Positions 28,142-38,026 of a stretch of DNA of 64,000 nucleotides are shown here, in pieces. The stretch is from an uncultured Bradyrhizobium sp. (lineage in GTDB: Bacteria > Pseudomonadota > Alphaproteobacteria > Rhizobiales > Xanthobacteraceae): the NCBI GenBank assembly GCA_964609175.1, contig CAZSRR010000027.1, positions 21,276 to 85,275 of the forward strand. The letters run 5' to 3'. Made by a program: the position numbers and the translations under genes. Position 1 is the first letter of the stretch. Every line of letters starts with the position of its first letter. The notes under the pieces were generated by a model. The model saw only the letters and a list, made by a program, of their open reading frames with translations, had not been told where the DNA came from and ran no database searches.

Positions 28142-29347
28142 TCAATTCTTCGGGCGCATCTTCTCCACTTCGGCGTCGCTCGGCAGGTAGTCGCCGCCCT
28201 TGCGATAGACCGAATTGACCATCACGCCCTTGCCGTCCTTCAGCGCGGTCTTGCCGACATAGGCGCCTAACGTCGACTGGTGGTCGATCTTGCGGAAGGT
28301 GATCTCGCCGAACGGCGACGGCATCGACAGGCCCTCGGCCGCCGCGATCAGCTTCTCCGGATCGGTGGAATTGGCCTTGGTGAGGATCGCCGCCGCGGCC
28401 TTGATGGTCTGGTAGCCGACGATCGAGCCGAGGCGCGGATAGTCGTTGAACTTGGCCTGGTAGGCTTTGAGGAATTTGTCGTGGTCCGGCGTCTTGATGT
28501 CGTACCAGGGATAGCCCGTGACGATCCAGCCCTCCGGCGTCTCTTCTTTCAACGGATCGAGATATTCGGGCTCACCGGTAAGGAAGGACACGACCGAGCG
28601 GTTCTTGAACAGGCCGCGCGTGTTGCCTTCGCGCACGAGCTTGACGAGATCGGCGCCGAAGGTGACGTTGAGGATTGCTTCCGGGTTGGCGGCGGCCACC
28701 GCCTGCACCACCGGGCCGGCGTCGATCTTGCCCTGCGGCGGCCACTGCTCGTCGACCCACTGGATGTCCGGGCGCTTTTCCGACATCAGCTTCTTGAACA
28801 CGGCAACGGCCGACTGGCCGTATTCATAGTTCGGCGCGATGGTCGCCCAGCGTTTTGCCGGCAGCTTTGCCGCCTCCTCCACCAGCATCGCCGCCTGCAT
28901 GTAGTTGGAGGGGCGCAGGCGGAAGGTGTAGCGATTGCCCTTCGACCAGGTGATGGCGTCGGTCAGAGGCTCCGCCGCGAGGAAGAACACCTTCTTCTGG
29001 TTGGCGAAGTCGGAGACGGCCAAGCCGATATTGGAGAGGAACGTGCCGGCCAGCATCGCGACGTTCTCGCTCGACACCAGTTCGTTGGCGGCGGTCGTCG
29101 CGTCCGCCGGCTTGCCGCCGTCGTCCTTGGAGATGACGACGAGCTTCTTGCCGTTGATGCCGCCGGCGGCGTTGATCTCTTCGACCGCGAGTTGCCAGCC
29201 CTTGCGATAGGGCTCGGTGAAGGCCGGCAACAGCGAATAGCTGTTGATCTCGCCGACCTTGATCTCGCCGCTCTGCGCCATGGCGTTGCCTGCCATGCCG
29301 GCGACCGCAATCGCCAGCCCCGCGCCCAGTAAGTGTCTCCGCTGCAT
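28142..29347 (-). CDS. Branched-chain-type ABC substrate-binding protein (probable nicotinate-related uptake)
   Basis: RRHLL signal peptide, EINAAGGINGKKL, DDGGKP, APNYEYG; GGAGG RBS before ATG 29347. Confidence 0.88.
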   Translation of the reverse strand: MQRRHLLGAGLAIAVAGMAGNAMAQSGEIKVGEINSYSLLPAFTEPYRKGWQLAVEEINAAGGINGKKLVVISKDDGGKPADATTAANELVSSENVAMLAGTFLSNIGLAVSDFANQKKVFFLAAEPLTDAITWSKGNRYTFRLRPSNYMQAAMLVEEAAKLPAKRWATIAPNYEYGQSAVAVFKKLMSEKRPDIQWVDEQWPPQGKIDAGPVVQAVAAANPEAILNVTFGADLVKLVREGNTRGLFKNRSVVSFLTGEPEYLDPLKEETPEGWIVTGYPWYDIKTPDHDKFLKAYQAKFNDYPRLGSIVGYQTIKAAAAILTKANSTDPEKLIAAAEGLSMPSPFGEITFRKIDHQSTLGAYVGKTALKDGKGVMVNSVYRKGGDYLPSDAEVEKMRPKN

Positions 29348-29371
29348 CCCTGCCTCCAATGTACCTGTGAA

Positions 29372-29956
29372 CTACCGCAAGCCGTCTTCGCCTTTGACTT
29401 CCGTAACCGTCAGCCCGCCGACGCGCGGCAACGGCCTGCCGCTGTCGGTCACCGCGACCGCAACCATGATCTCGTTGGCGCACGGCGCGTCGTTGATCTG
29501 CACTTCCATGCCGTCGAAATGGCTGCGCACGAAGGCCGCATCCTTGTGGCCGAGCGGAATGTCGAGCGTCGTGCCCGGGCCGCTGCGCTTCTTGGACGAC
29601 GGGATCAGCGCCGCGCCCTTGCCCAAAACTTTCCGTACCGGCGCACCCATCTTGGGATGCAGGATCGCCGCCGCATGTTCCAGCTCGCCGTTCTCGCCGA
29701 CGGCTGCGGCCTTGCCGTAGCTGTGCGCCTTGGTACCGTCGATGCCGAGCGCGGCCACCGCCCTCCTGGAAAGGAGATCGCCGAGTTCCTCGCCGATCTC
29801 GATCAGGGGCGAAAGATCCTCGACATAGCGGCCGGCAAAGGGATTTACGATCACCGCGATCGCCGCGGCCCGCCGCGTCGGCGGCGAAACCTTCTGGCCC
29901 ATTTCGAGATGGGTTTCCTCGACCACCGTGACGATCTTGCGAATGATCGCGCTCAT
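29372..29956 (-). CDS. 'Amino acid synthesis' family protein (AA_synth/DUF1185)
   Basis: IRKIVTVVEET, AVIVNPFAGRYVEDL, YGKAAAVGENGELEH, IPLGHK, DAPCANEI, GRPLPR. Confidence 0.82.
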   Translation of the reverse strand: MSAIIRKIVTVVEETHLEMGQKVSPPTRRAAAIAVIVNPFAGRYVEDLSPLIEIGEELGDLLSRRAVAALGIDGTKAHSYGKAAAVGENGELEHAAAILHPKMGAPVRKVLGKGAALIPSSKKRSGPGTTLDIPLGHKDAAFVRSHFDGMEVQINDAPCANEIMVAVAVTDSGRPLPRVGGLTVTEVKGEDGLR

Positions 29957-29975
29957 CTGTCAGCCTCGCTCCCGA

Positions 29976-30872
29976 TCAAACACGTGCCACACTCTCATCC
30001 GTCGCCGGCAACGCACTGGCTCTGACCCCTGTTGAGCCCACCAAAGCCGTCTCGCCTAGTAGACGCAAGGCCGCACCTTCGATCAACCCCGCCGCAAGCA
30101 ATTGCTGTGCCCGCTCGACCCCGGCGGCCAGAGCCTCGTCAACCTCGTCTTCGCCGAGCCGGCGAACGGCGCGCGTGACGAGGCGCGCGCCGAGGTCGCT
30201 GTCGGCCTGCAATTCGTTTGCCGGCCGACGGACAATGCCGGGATGACCGGGCAGATCGACGGCATTGGCGATCACGGTGGCGGCGGCATCGGCTTGCGAG
30301 GCCGTTTTCGCCAGCACCGTCACGGCGTCGGCGATCCCGAGCGAAAAGCTGCGGCCATGCCGCCCGCTGGTCGCGATGCCCCGTGCCTGATCGCCAGCCC
30401 CGACGCGGATGGTCTGCATCACGCCGCGGTGGTCCGGCCGGTCCAGCAGCCCGACGGCAAACTGTTCCGCACCGGTCAGATGCAACGCGATGTCGCCGCC
30501 ATTGTTGACATAGGCGCGATCGAGCCGCGCCGCGGCAAGCATCGCGCCAAGAATTTCTTCGGCCACGCTGCCGGCGACTGCTGCCATCGGCGTGATGAAC
30601 TCGCTGGCCGAAAAGGGCGCCACCGCCGTATGCATGCGCCGCGCGACGACGCCGCGGAGCGCGCTGTCGGCCGGATCGGCCGCCTTTCGAAGCTCGGTCA
30701 GTTCTTCGCAGAGTTCATCGAGCAAGCCACCGAAGCGCCGCGCCGCCGCCTCGTAGGCCGCGTGCACCTCGCTTTCGGTTCCACTCGCACCGATGACGAG
30801 ATCAATCGGGCCATCCTGCAAATGCACCCGCTTGCCGTCAGGAAGAAGCGCGATTTGCGGAAGCCGTTTCAT
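29976..30872 (-). CDS. UPF0280 family protein (ApbE/Ftp flavin-transferase superfamily)
   Basis: LQDGPIDL, TPMAAVAG, NNGGDIAL, GIATSG, SFSLGIADAVTV, ADAAAT. Confidence 0.85.
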   Translation of the reverse strand: MKRLPQIALLPDGKRVHLQDGPIDLVIGASGTESEVHAAYEAAARRFGGLLDELCEELTELRKAADPADSALRGVVARRMHTAVAPFSASEFITPMAAVAGSVAEEILGAMLAAARLDRAYVNNGGDIALHLTGAEQFAVGLLDRPDHRGVMQTIRVGAGDQARGIATSGRHGRSFSLGIADAVTVLAKTASQADAAATVIANAVDLPGHPGIVRRPANELQADSDLGARLVTRAVRRLGEDEVDEALAAGVERAQQLLAAGLIEGAALRLLGETALVGSTGVRASALPATDESVARV

Positions 30873-32314
30873 GCGCGCCGTCCGGGCAAATGAGGTAGGG
30901 AGCGAAACTCAGTATTATCGCGGAGCGACGCCAGCGGGCGCACGTGATCCACGTGGCCGCCGAGCGCGGCGTAATCGGAAAGTTTCAGCGTGAACTCGAT
31001 CGGCGCCACCAGCGCCGGCGTCGGCACATAGCCGAACGCGCCCGCCGGCATCTGCGTGACGTCGACCATGAAGGTGATGCCGCCGCCGGGCCAGACATAG
31101 ACCGGCGCACCACCGCTCGTCACCCGCGTCAGCGCCTCCTTGACCGAGCGCGTCAGCCGCACCGGATTGTCGGTGACGCCGGCGCGCAGCGAACCGCCCG
31201 CGCCGCCCATGAACAGCACCGTGCACAGCGCCGGTTCGCAATTCTCCTGGATTCGCTCGACCGACAAACGAAGATCGGCCGGCATCTGCTTCTCGACCGG
31301 CTGCAGCGCTTCGTCCAGTTCGTAATAGGCCGCGTGCTCGCCGGTCGTCGATACCATCAGCATGGTCAGCCCCGGCCGCGCCTCCTTCGGGTTGAATGGT
31401 CCGAGCACCGACAGCGGATCGGAGATATTGGTGCCACCCCAGCCGGTGCCGGGCTCGGCGACCTGAAAATAGCGGCCGGGCGTCGAGCGCCGTCCCTTCA
31501 TCTTGATCCCGGTATCGGGAATATCGAGCAGCTTGCCCGCCTGGTGCTCGCTGAGAACGCCGGTGATGTGGTCGTCCACGACGACGACTTCATCGACCTT
31601 GCCATGCCATTGCTTGGCGAACATTCCGATGGTCGCCGAACCGCACCCGACCCGCATGCGCTCTTCGGCGACCCCGTTCACGATCGGCGGGTAGCCGGCC
31701 TGCACCACGACAGTGGCGCCGCCATCGATCGTCAGCTCCACCGGCTTGCAGTTGGAGAGGTCCATCAGCGCATCGCAGGTGACGCGTCCCTCTTTCTTGG
31801 AGCCGCCGGTGAGATGATGCACGCCGCCGAGCGACAGCATCTGCGAGCCGTATTCGCTGGTCGTCACGTGACCGATCATCTCGCCTTCCGCGCGCACGGC
31901 CGCGGTTTCGGGGCCGAGATAGCGGTCGGTGTCGATCTTCACCTTGACGCCGCAATAGCTGAAAATGCCCTCGGTCACGACCGTGACCATGTCGACGCCG
32001 TCGACTTCCGAGGACACGATGAAAGGCGCAGGCTTGTAGTCGGGATAGGTGGTGCCGGCGCCGATCGCGGTCACGAAGACATCGGACTCGTGGACGATCT
32101 TGCCGTCCCAGTCGCCGCCGGCCTGGAACGGCACCAGCCGCCCGCCATGCGACACCGTCCGCTCCAGCACGATGTGCGGATCGACGCGCACCAGTTCGCC
32201 GTCGTGATTGGCGTAACGATCGCACGCGCCCGCCGCGCCCGGCTTGATGTAGCACATCACCGGACAGGCATCGCAGCGGATCTTGTCGCCACCGGCGACG
32301 GTCGCATCGGTCAT
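30869..32314 (-). CDS. hnr: 6-hydroxynicotinate reductase (Fe-S flavoprotein)
   Basis: CDACPVMC..GACDRY, IGAGTTYP, KPAPFIVS, VTVVTEG, TSEYGS, MRVGCGSATIG, SEHQAG, GGSLRAG, VWPGGGITF, VPTPALVAPIEFT match my recollection of E. barkeri Hnr. Confidence 0.85.
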   Translation of the reverse strand: MTDATVAGGDKIRCDACPVMCYIKPGAAGACDRYANHDGELVRVDPHIVLERTVSHGGRLVPFQAGGDWDGKIVHESDVFVTAIGAGTTYPDYKPAPFIVSSEVDGVDMVTVVTEGIFSYCGVKVKIDTDRYLGPETAAVRAEGEMIGHVTTSEYGSQMLSLGGVHHLTGGSKKEGRVTCDALMDLSNCKPVELTIDGGATVVVQAGYPPIVNGVAEERMRVGCGSATIGMFAKQWHGKVDEVVVVDDHITGVLSEHQAGKLLDIPDTGIKMKGRRSTPGRYFQVAEPGTGWGGTNISDPLSVLGPFNPKEARPGLTMLMVSTTGEHAAYYELDEALQPVEKQMPADLRLSVERIQENCEPALCTVLFMGGAGGSLRAGVTDNPVRLTRSVKEALTRVTSGGAPVYVWPGGGITFMVDVTQMPAGAFGYVPTPALVAPIEFTLKLSDYAALGGHVDHVRPLASLRDNTEFRSLPHLPGRRA

Positions 32315-32374
32315 GAACAAGCCTGCGATCGAGAAAGGCGGGCGACCGGGCCACGTTTCCGCAGCCGGTCAATT

Positions 32375-32388
32375 GTTCGTATACGAAC
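32375..32388. promoter_or_regulatory. Perfect palindrome GTTCGTATACGAAC, candidate MarR operator over the hnr-operon start site
   Basis: Minus-strand TTGACA (32418-32413)-N17-CACCAT places the transcription start inside the palindrome. Confidence 0.7.
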
Positions 32389-32519
32389 GATGGTGCGCGC
32401 TGACGCGAGGGCTGTCAAGCGGTCCGCGAAGCGAAAATCCTTGCCTGCCGCATAATAGCTCATTTGCCTCGCATTGCTGTACATAAAGCAAGCACAGCGC
32501 CGCAGCGCAGCCGGGGCGC

Positions 32520-32547
32520 TTGCACGTTTGTACACAAACGGTATCCT
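32520..32547 (+). promoter_or_regulatory. nicA promoter TTGCAC-N16-TATCCT with operator GTTTGTACACAAAC (32526-32539) in the spacer
   Basis: Near-perfect 14-bp palindrome related to 32375-32388, between the -35 and -10 hexamers. Confidence 0.65.
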
Positions 32548-32597
32548 TCCCAGCCATCGCATGCAGGATTTTGCAGCGCAGCGAGGGCTTGAGGGGC

Positions 32598-33068
32598 ATG
32601 ATGCGGCTGACCGTCAACGGCAAGACCAGCGAGATCGATGCCGCACCTGACACCGCACTGCTTTACGTCCTGCGCAACGACCTCGCGTTGAACGGACCGA
32701 AATACGGCTGCGGGCTCGGCGAATGCGGTGCCTGCGCGGTGCTGATCGACGGCGTCGCGGCGCGTTCCTGCGTCATTCCGATCGAGGGCTGCGAAGGGCG
32801 CGACATCGTGACGCTCGAAGGTCTCGGCACGCGCCAGCGTCCCGATCCGGTGCAGCAGGCCTTCATCCATGAACAGGCGGCGCAATGCGGCTATTGCCTC
32901 AACGGCATGATCATCGCGACCAAGGCGCTGTTGTTGCGCTCGCCTGCCCCGTCCGACGGCGAGGTGATGGAAGCGCTGCGGCATCAGCTATGCCGCTGCG
33001 GCGCGCATGTTGAAATCATGCGCGCCGCGTTTCGCGCCGCCGGACGCGCGGTGGAGGCGCCCGTGTAA
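32598..33068 (+). CDS. nicA: Nicotinate dehydrogenase small subunit, 2x[2Fe-2S] (CoxS-like)
   Basis: KYGCGLGECGAC, QCGYC, LCRCG; start ATG 32598. Confidence 0.85.
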   Translation: MMRLTVNGKTSEIDAAPDTALLYVLRNDLALNGPKYGCGLGECGACAVLIDGVAARSCVIPIEGCEGRDIVTLEGLGTRQRPDPVQQAFIHEQAAQCGYCLNGMIIATKALLLRSPAPSDGEVMEALRHQLCRCGAHVEIMRAAFRAAGRAVEAPV

Positions 33069-36000
33069 TGACAGTGCCGGGCAACAAGGATCGCGAACGA
33101 ATGTCGGGCACCCTCGCCGTCGTCCGCCCCGCCTCTTCCGTCGAAACCGTCAAGTTCGAAACGTTCATCAGGATTACCGCCGACGGATCGGTCACCGCCT
33201 ATAACGGCCATGTCGATCTCGGCACCGGCATCCGCACCGCGCTCGGACAGATCGTCGCCGAGGAACTCGACGTCTCCTTTGCGCGCGTCGTCGTCGTGCT
33301 CGGCGATACCGCGCTCGTCCCCAACCAGGGCGCGACGATCGCGAGCGAGACCATCCAGATCACCGCCGTGCCGCTGCGCAAGGCGGCAGCGCAGGCCCGG
33401 CAGTTCTTGCTCATGCGCGCGGCGGAGCGGCTGGGACTTGCAGCGGGCGATCTCGTCATCGAGGACGGCCTGGTCCGCGGGCGCGACAATCGCAGCCTCA
33501 GCTATGGCGAGCTGATCGCCGGCGAAACCATCCAGCTCGAACTGGCCGACGACGTGCCTGTGAAGTCGGCCGACCACTACACCATCGTCGGGCAATCCAT
33601 CCCCCGCGTCGACCTGCCCGCAAAGGCCACCGGCGAACTGGTCTACGTCCACGACATGCGCGTGCCTGATATGCTGCATGGCCGCGTCGTGCGTCCGCCC
33701 TATGCCGGCGTCGATGTCGGCGACTTCATCGGCAACAGCCTGATCGCGGTTGACGAGGCATCGGTCAGCCATATCCCGGGGCTGGTCGCCGTCGTGAGGA
33801 TCGGCGACTTCGTCGGCGTCGTCGCCGAGCGCGAAGAGAACGCGATCAAGGCGGCGGCGCAGCTCAAGGTGAGCTGGAAGCCGGTGCCGACGCTGCCCGA
33901 CCTGAAGGACATCGAGACCGCGCTGCGCGCCAACCCGTCCGTGCCGCGAACGCTGATCGACAAGGGCGATGTCGATGCGGCGATTGCCGGCGCCGCGAAG
34001 CCGATGCCGCGCACCTACGTCTGGCCCTACCAGATGCACGCCTCGATCGGGCCGTCCTGCGCGGTGGCCGACTATTCGGAGGATGTGACGAGGGTCTGGT
34101 CCGGTACGCAGAACCCGCATCATCTGCGCACCGAACTGGCGCAGCTGATCCAGCGCCGCGAAACCGAGATCGAAGTGATCCGGATGGAAGCCGCCGGCTG
34201 CTACGGACGGAACTGCGCCGACGACGTTTCCGCCGACGCCGTGCTGCTGTCGCGCGCCGTCGGCCGGCCGGTGCGCGTGCAGTTGACCCGCGAGCAGGAG
34301 CACGCCTGGGAGCCGAAGGGCACCGCTCAGCTGATGGACGTCAACGGCGGATTGAACGCCGACGGCAGCGTGGCCGGATACGATTTCGCCACGCGCTATC
34401 CCTCGAACGGCGCGCCGACGCTGGCGCTGCTGCTGACCGGCGCGATCCCGCATGCGCCTGCGGTCTTCGAGATGGGCGACCGCACCGCGATCCCGCCCTA
34501 TGACTACGAAAACCTGCGCGTGGTGGCCAACGACATGCCGCCGATCGTGCGCGCCGCCTGGCTGCGCGGCGTCTCGGCGCTGCCCAATACATTCGCGCAC
34601 GAATCCTGGATCGACGAATGCGCGGCCGAGGCCGGCGTCGACCCGATCGAATACCGACTGCGCTACCTCAAGGATTCGCGCGCGGTCGATCTCGTCAAGG
34701 CGGTGGCCGAACGCGCCGGGTGGCAGCCGCGGCCGGTGCGGCAGGAAAAACAGGCCGAAGGCGACATCGTGCGCGGGCGCGGCTTCGCCTACGCGCTCTA
34801 CGTCCACAGCAAGTTTCCCGGCTATGGCGCGGCGTGGTCGGCGTGGATCGCCGACGTCGCGGTCAACAAGGCGACCGGCGACGTCAGCGTGACGCGCGTC
34901 GTGGCCGGACAGGATTCCGGCCTGATGATCAATCCGGACGGCGTGCGCCACCAGATCCACGGCAACGTCATCCAGTCCACCAGCCGGGCGCTGATGGAGG
35001 AGGTTTCGTTCGACCGCAGCTCGGTGACGGCGCGCGAATGGGGCGCCTACCCGATCATCAAATTCCCGGAGGTGCCCAAGATCGACGTGCTGATGCTGCC
35101 GCGGCAGGACCAGCCGCCGCTCGGCGTCGGCGAGTCCGCGTCCGTCCCAAGTGCCGCGGCGATCGCGAACGCGATTTATGATGCGACCGGCGTGCGTTTT
35201 CGCGAATTGCCGTTCACGCCGGAACGCATTCTGCGCGGGCTGCATGGCGAGCCGCAGCCGGTGCCGCAAGCCCTGTCCGCGCCGCCGCCGGCCGTCACGC
35301 CGCGCGCGTGGCAAAATCCCCTGGCCGGACGCGGCATGCTCGCGACCGCCGCGGCCCTCTGCGCCGCAGCCATCGGCATTGGCGCGGCCGTGTTGCCCTG
35401 GCGCGCAATCCCGCCGATCGCGCGGCCGGATGCCACGGTGTTCTCGGCCGCGACCATCGCACGCGGCCAGCAGCTTGCCGCGCTCGGCGATTGCGCCGTC
35501 TGCCACACGTCGGAGAATGGCGTTCTCAACACCGGCGGCCGCGCGCTGCGAACGCCGTTCGGCATCATCCACTCCACCAACATCACCCCCGACGTCGAAA
35601 CCGGCATCGGCGCGTGGTCCTATCCCGCCTTCGAGCGCGCAATGCGCGAGGGCATCCATCGCGACGGTCGGCACCTCTATCCGGCATTCCCGTATACGCA
35701 TTTCGCCAGGACAACCGATGCCGACCTGCAGGCGCTCTACGCCTACCTGATGGCGCAGCCGGCGGTGCGCGCCGAGACGCCGCCGAACGCACTGGCGTTT
35801 CCGTTCGACCAACGTCCATTGATGGCAGGCTGGAACGCGCTGTTCCACAAGGCCGAGACGTTCAAGCCCGATCCAGCCAGGTCCGAGATATGGAATCGCG
35901 GCGCGTATCTGGTCGAAGGCCTCGGCCATTGCAGCGCCTGCCATTCGCCGCGCAATGCGCTCGGCGCGGAGGTGACCACGGCTCACCTTGCCGGTGGCTT

Positions 36001-36610
36001 TGCCGACGGCTGGGAAGCGCCGGCACTGACGTCATTGTCGCGGGCGCCGATCCCGTGGAGCGAGGACGAGCTTTACGCCTATTTGCGGACCGGCGAGTCG
36101 CGGCTTCACGGCGTCGCGGCCGGACCGATGGCGCCGGTCGTGAAGGAACTGGCGGCGTTGCCGGATGCCGATATCCGCGCCATGGCGACCTATCTTGCTT
36201 CGTTCAACAAGCCTGCAACCGATACTGCAGCGCAGCAGGCGCTGGCTGCGCGACTGGAAGCCTCGACCAGCACACGCGCGGCCGCCGCCGCCGGCATCGG
36301 CGCCCGGATCTACCAGGGCGCCTGCGCGGTGTGCCACGAGGTCGGCGGGGCGCCGCTGTTCGGCAGCCGGCCGTCGCTGGCGCTGAACAGCAATCTGCAC
36401 AGCGCCGTCCCCGACAATCTGATCCATGTGATCCTGCACGGCATCGCCAAGCCGGCCGTGACCGACCTCGGCTATATGCCGGCCTTCAAGGACAGCCTGA
36501 CCGACGGTCAGGTCGCGGAACTGGCCGCCTATCTCCGCCGGCAGTTCGCCCCGGACAAGCCGGCCTGGACCAGCATCGAGGCGGCGGTCGGCCGGATCCG
36601 GCAGGAATAG
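33068..36610 (+). CDS. nicB: Nicotinate dehydrogenase large subunit: molybdopterin domains fused to a three-heme cytochrome c domain
   Basis: [43 protein letters not shown]; TM segment, then CAVCH, CSACH and CAVCH; 1180 aa, the architecture of Pseudomonas NicB. Confidence 0.88.
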   Translation: MTVPGNKDRERMSGTLAVVRPASSVETVKFETFIRITADGSVTAYNGHVDLGTGIRTALGQIVAEELDVSFARVVVVLGDTALVPNQGATIASETIQITAVPLRKAAAQARQFLLMRAAERLGLAAGDLVIEDGLVRGRDNRSLSYGELIAGETIQLELADDVPVKSADHYTIVGQSIPRVDLPAKATGELVYVHDMRVPDMLHGRVVRPPYAGVDVGDFIGNSLIAVDEASVSHIPGLVAVVRIGDFVGVVAEREENAIKAAAQLKVSWKPVPTLPDLKDIETALRANPSVPRTLIDKGDVDAAIAGAAKPMPRTYVWPYQMHASIGPSCAVADYSEDVTRVWSGTQNPHHLRTELAQLIQRRETEIEVIRMEAAGCYGRNCADDVSADAVLLSRAVGRPVRVQLTREQEHAWEPKGTAQLMDVNGGLNADGSVAGYDFATRYPSNGAPTLALLLTGAIPHAPAVFEMGDRTAIPPYDYENLRVVANDMPPIVRAAWLRGVSALPNTFAHESWIDECAAEAGVDPIEYRLRYLKDSRAVDLVKAVAERAGWQPRPVRQEKQAEGDIVRGRGFAYALYVHSKFPGYGAAWSAWIADVAVNKATGDVSVTRVVAGQDSGLMINPDGVRHQIHGNVIQSTSRALMEEVSFDRSSVTAREWGAYPIIKFPEVPKIDVLMLPRQDQPPLGVGESASVPSAAAIANAIYDATGVRFRELPFTPERILRGLHGEPQPVPQALSAPPPAVTPRAWQNPLAGRGMLATAAALCAAAIGIGAAVLPWRAIPPIARPDATVFSAATIARGQQLAALGDCAVCHTSENGVLNTGGRALRTPFGIIHSTNITPDVETGIGAWSYPAFERAMREGIHRDGRHLYPAFPYTHFARTTDADLQALYAYLMAQPAVRAETPPNALAFPFDQRPLMAGWNALFHKAETFKPDPARSEIWNRGAYLVEGLGHCSACHSPRNALGAEVTTAHLAGGFADGWEAPALTSLSRAPIPWSEDELYAYLRTGESRLHGVAAGPMAPVVKELAALPDADIRAMATYLASFNKPATDTAAQQALAARLEASTSTRAAAAAGIGARIYQGACAVCHEVGGAPLFGSRPSLALNSNLHSAVPDNLIHVILHGIAKPAVTDLGYMPAFKDSLTDGQVAELAAYLRRQFAPDKPAWTSIEAAVGRIRQE

Positions 36611-36680
36611 GGCGCCGGGCTGCCATGCCGCCGCCAAAACCCACTGGTTGGGTGGCTCCCGGCACGGTAGAGTTCCGCCC

Positions 36681-37985
36681 ATGGCAGTTACCGATATTGC
36701 GTCCCGAACCTATAATCATGGCTGGCGGCTCGATCCGATCGTCCGCAGCCTGCTCGATACCGATTTTTACAAGCTGCTGATGCTGCAGATGATCCGCGAA
36801 TTCTATCCGGATCAGCAGGTCACCTTCTCTGTCATCAACCGCACCAAGCATGTCCGCCTCGCCGAAATCATCGACGAGGGCGAACTGCGCGCGCAGCTCG
36901 ACCATGCGCGCACCATCCGCTTCACCAAGAAGGAGCTGATCTGGCTCGCCGGCAACACCTTCTACGGCAAGACCCAGATGTTCTCGCCGGACTTCATTCA
37001 CTGGCTCGCCAGCTTCCGCCTGCCCGAATACGAATTGCACAAGGTCGACGGCCAGTACGAGTTGCACTTCCACGGCCCGTGGACCCACACCACGATGTGG
37101 GAAATCCCGGCGCTCGCGATCATGAACGAGTTGCGCTCGCGCCAGGCGACCAAGGGCCAGGGCCGCTTCGTGCTCGACGTGCTGTACGCCCGCGCCAAAG
37201 CCAAGCTGTGGTCCAAGGTCGAGCGGCTGCGCAAGCTCGAAGGCCTTCGCCTTTCCGACTTCGGCACCCGCCGCCGCCACGGCCATCTCTGGCAACGCTG
37301 GTGCGTCGAGGCGGTGAAGGAAGGCCTCGGCGCCTCCTTCACCGGCACGTCCAACGTCTTGCTGGCGATGGACAACGATCTCGAGGCGATCGGCACCAAC
37401 GCGCATGAGCTGCCGATGGTCGCCGCTGCGCTGGCGAATTCCGACGAAGAACTGCGCTGGGCGCCCTACCGCATTCTCGACCAGTGGCGGCATACCTATG
37501 GCGGCAACCTGCTGATCGCCCTGCCCGATGCCTTCGGCACAAAACCATTCCTGCGGGACGCGCCGGACTGGGTCGCCGACTGGACCGGTTTTCGCCCCGA
37601 CAGCGCGCCGCCGATCACGGCCGGCGAGGACATCATCAAATGGTGGAAGCAGAAGGGCCGCGATCCCCGTGAAAAACTGCTGGTATTCTCCGACGGCATG
37701 GACGTCGGCTCGATCGAGGAAACCTACAGGCATTTCTCGGGGCGCGTCCGCATTTCCTTCGGTTGGGGCACCAACCTCACCAATGATTTCATCGGCTGCT
37801 CGCCGGATGGCTCCGCCGATCTCGATCCGATCTCGCTGGTCTGCAAGGTGACGTCGGTCGATGGACGGCCGGCGGTCAAGCTTTCGGACAATCCCGAGAA
37901 AGCGACCGGCAGCCCGGCCGAGGTCGAACGTTATCTGCGCGTGTTCGGCAATGCCGGGCGCGTCCGCACCGCCGTGCACGTCTGA
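36681..37985 (+). CDS. pncB: Nicotinate phosphoribosyltransferase
   Basis: [65 protein letters not shown]. Confidence 0.95.
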   Translation: MAVTDIASRTYNHGWRLDPIVRSLLDTDFYKLLMLQMIREFYPDQQVTFSVINRTKHVRLAEIIDEGELRAQLDHARTIRFTKKELIWLAGNTFYGKTQMFSPDFIHWLASFRLPEYELHKVDGQYELHFHGPWTHTTMWEIPALAIMNELRSRQATKGQGRFVLDVLYARAKAKLWSKVERLRKLEGLRLSDFGTRRRHGHLWQRWCVEAVKEGLGASFTGTSNVLLAMDNDLEAIGTNAHELPMVAAALANSDEELRWAPYRILDQWRHTYGGNLLIALPDAFGTKPFLRDAPDWVADWTGFRPDSAPPITAGEDIIKWWKQKGRDPREKLLVFSDGMDVGSIEETYRHFSGRVRISFGWGTNLTNDFIGCSPDGSADLDPISLVCKVTSVDGRPAVKLSDNPEKATGSPAEVERYLRVFGNAGRVRTAVHV

Positions 37986-38026
37986 ACCGCTATACTCCTC
38001 CTGCCAACTGATCCGACGAGCGTCGC

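Noticed and set aside
32475-32488. TGCTGTACATAAAG as a further nic operator
   Set aside because: Only about 9/14 match; too weak to call
32984-35986. 1000-aa minus-strand ORF antisense to nicB
   Set aside because: Antisense shadow with no domain; similar shadows occur at 26082-28010, 42469-44058, 44553-46685 and 55661-57004
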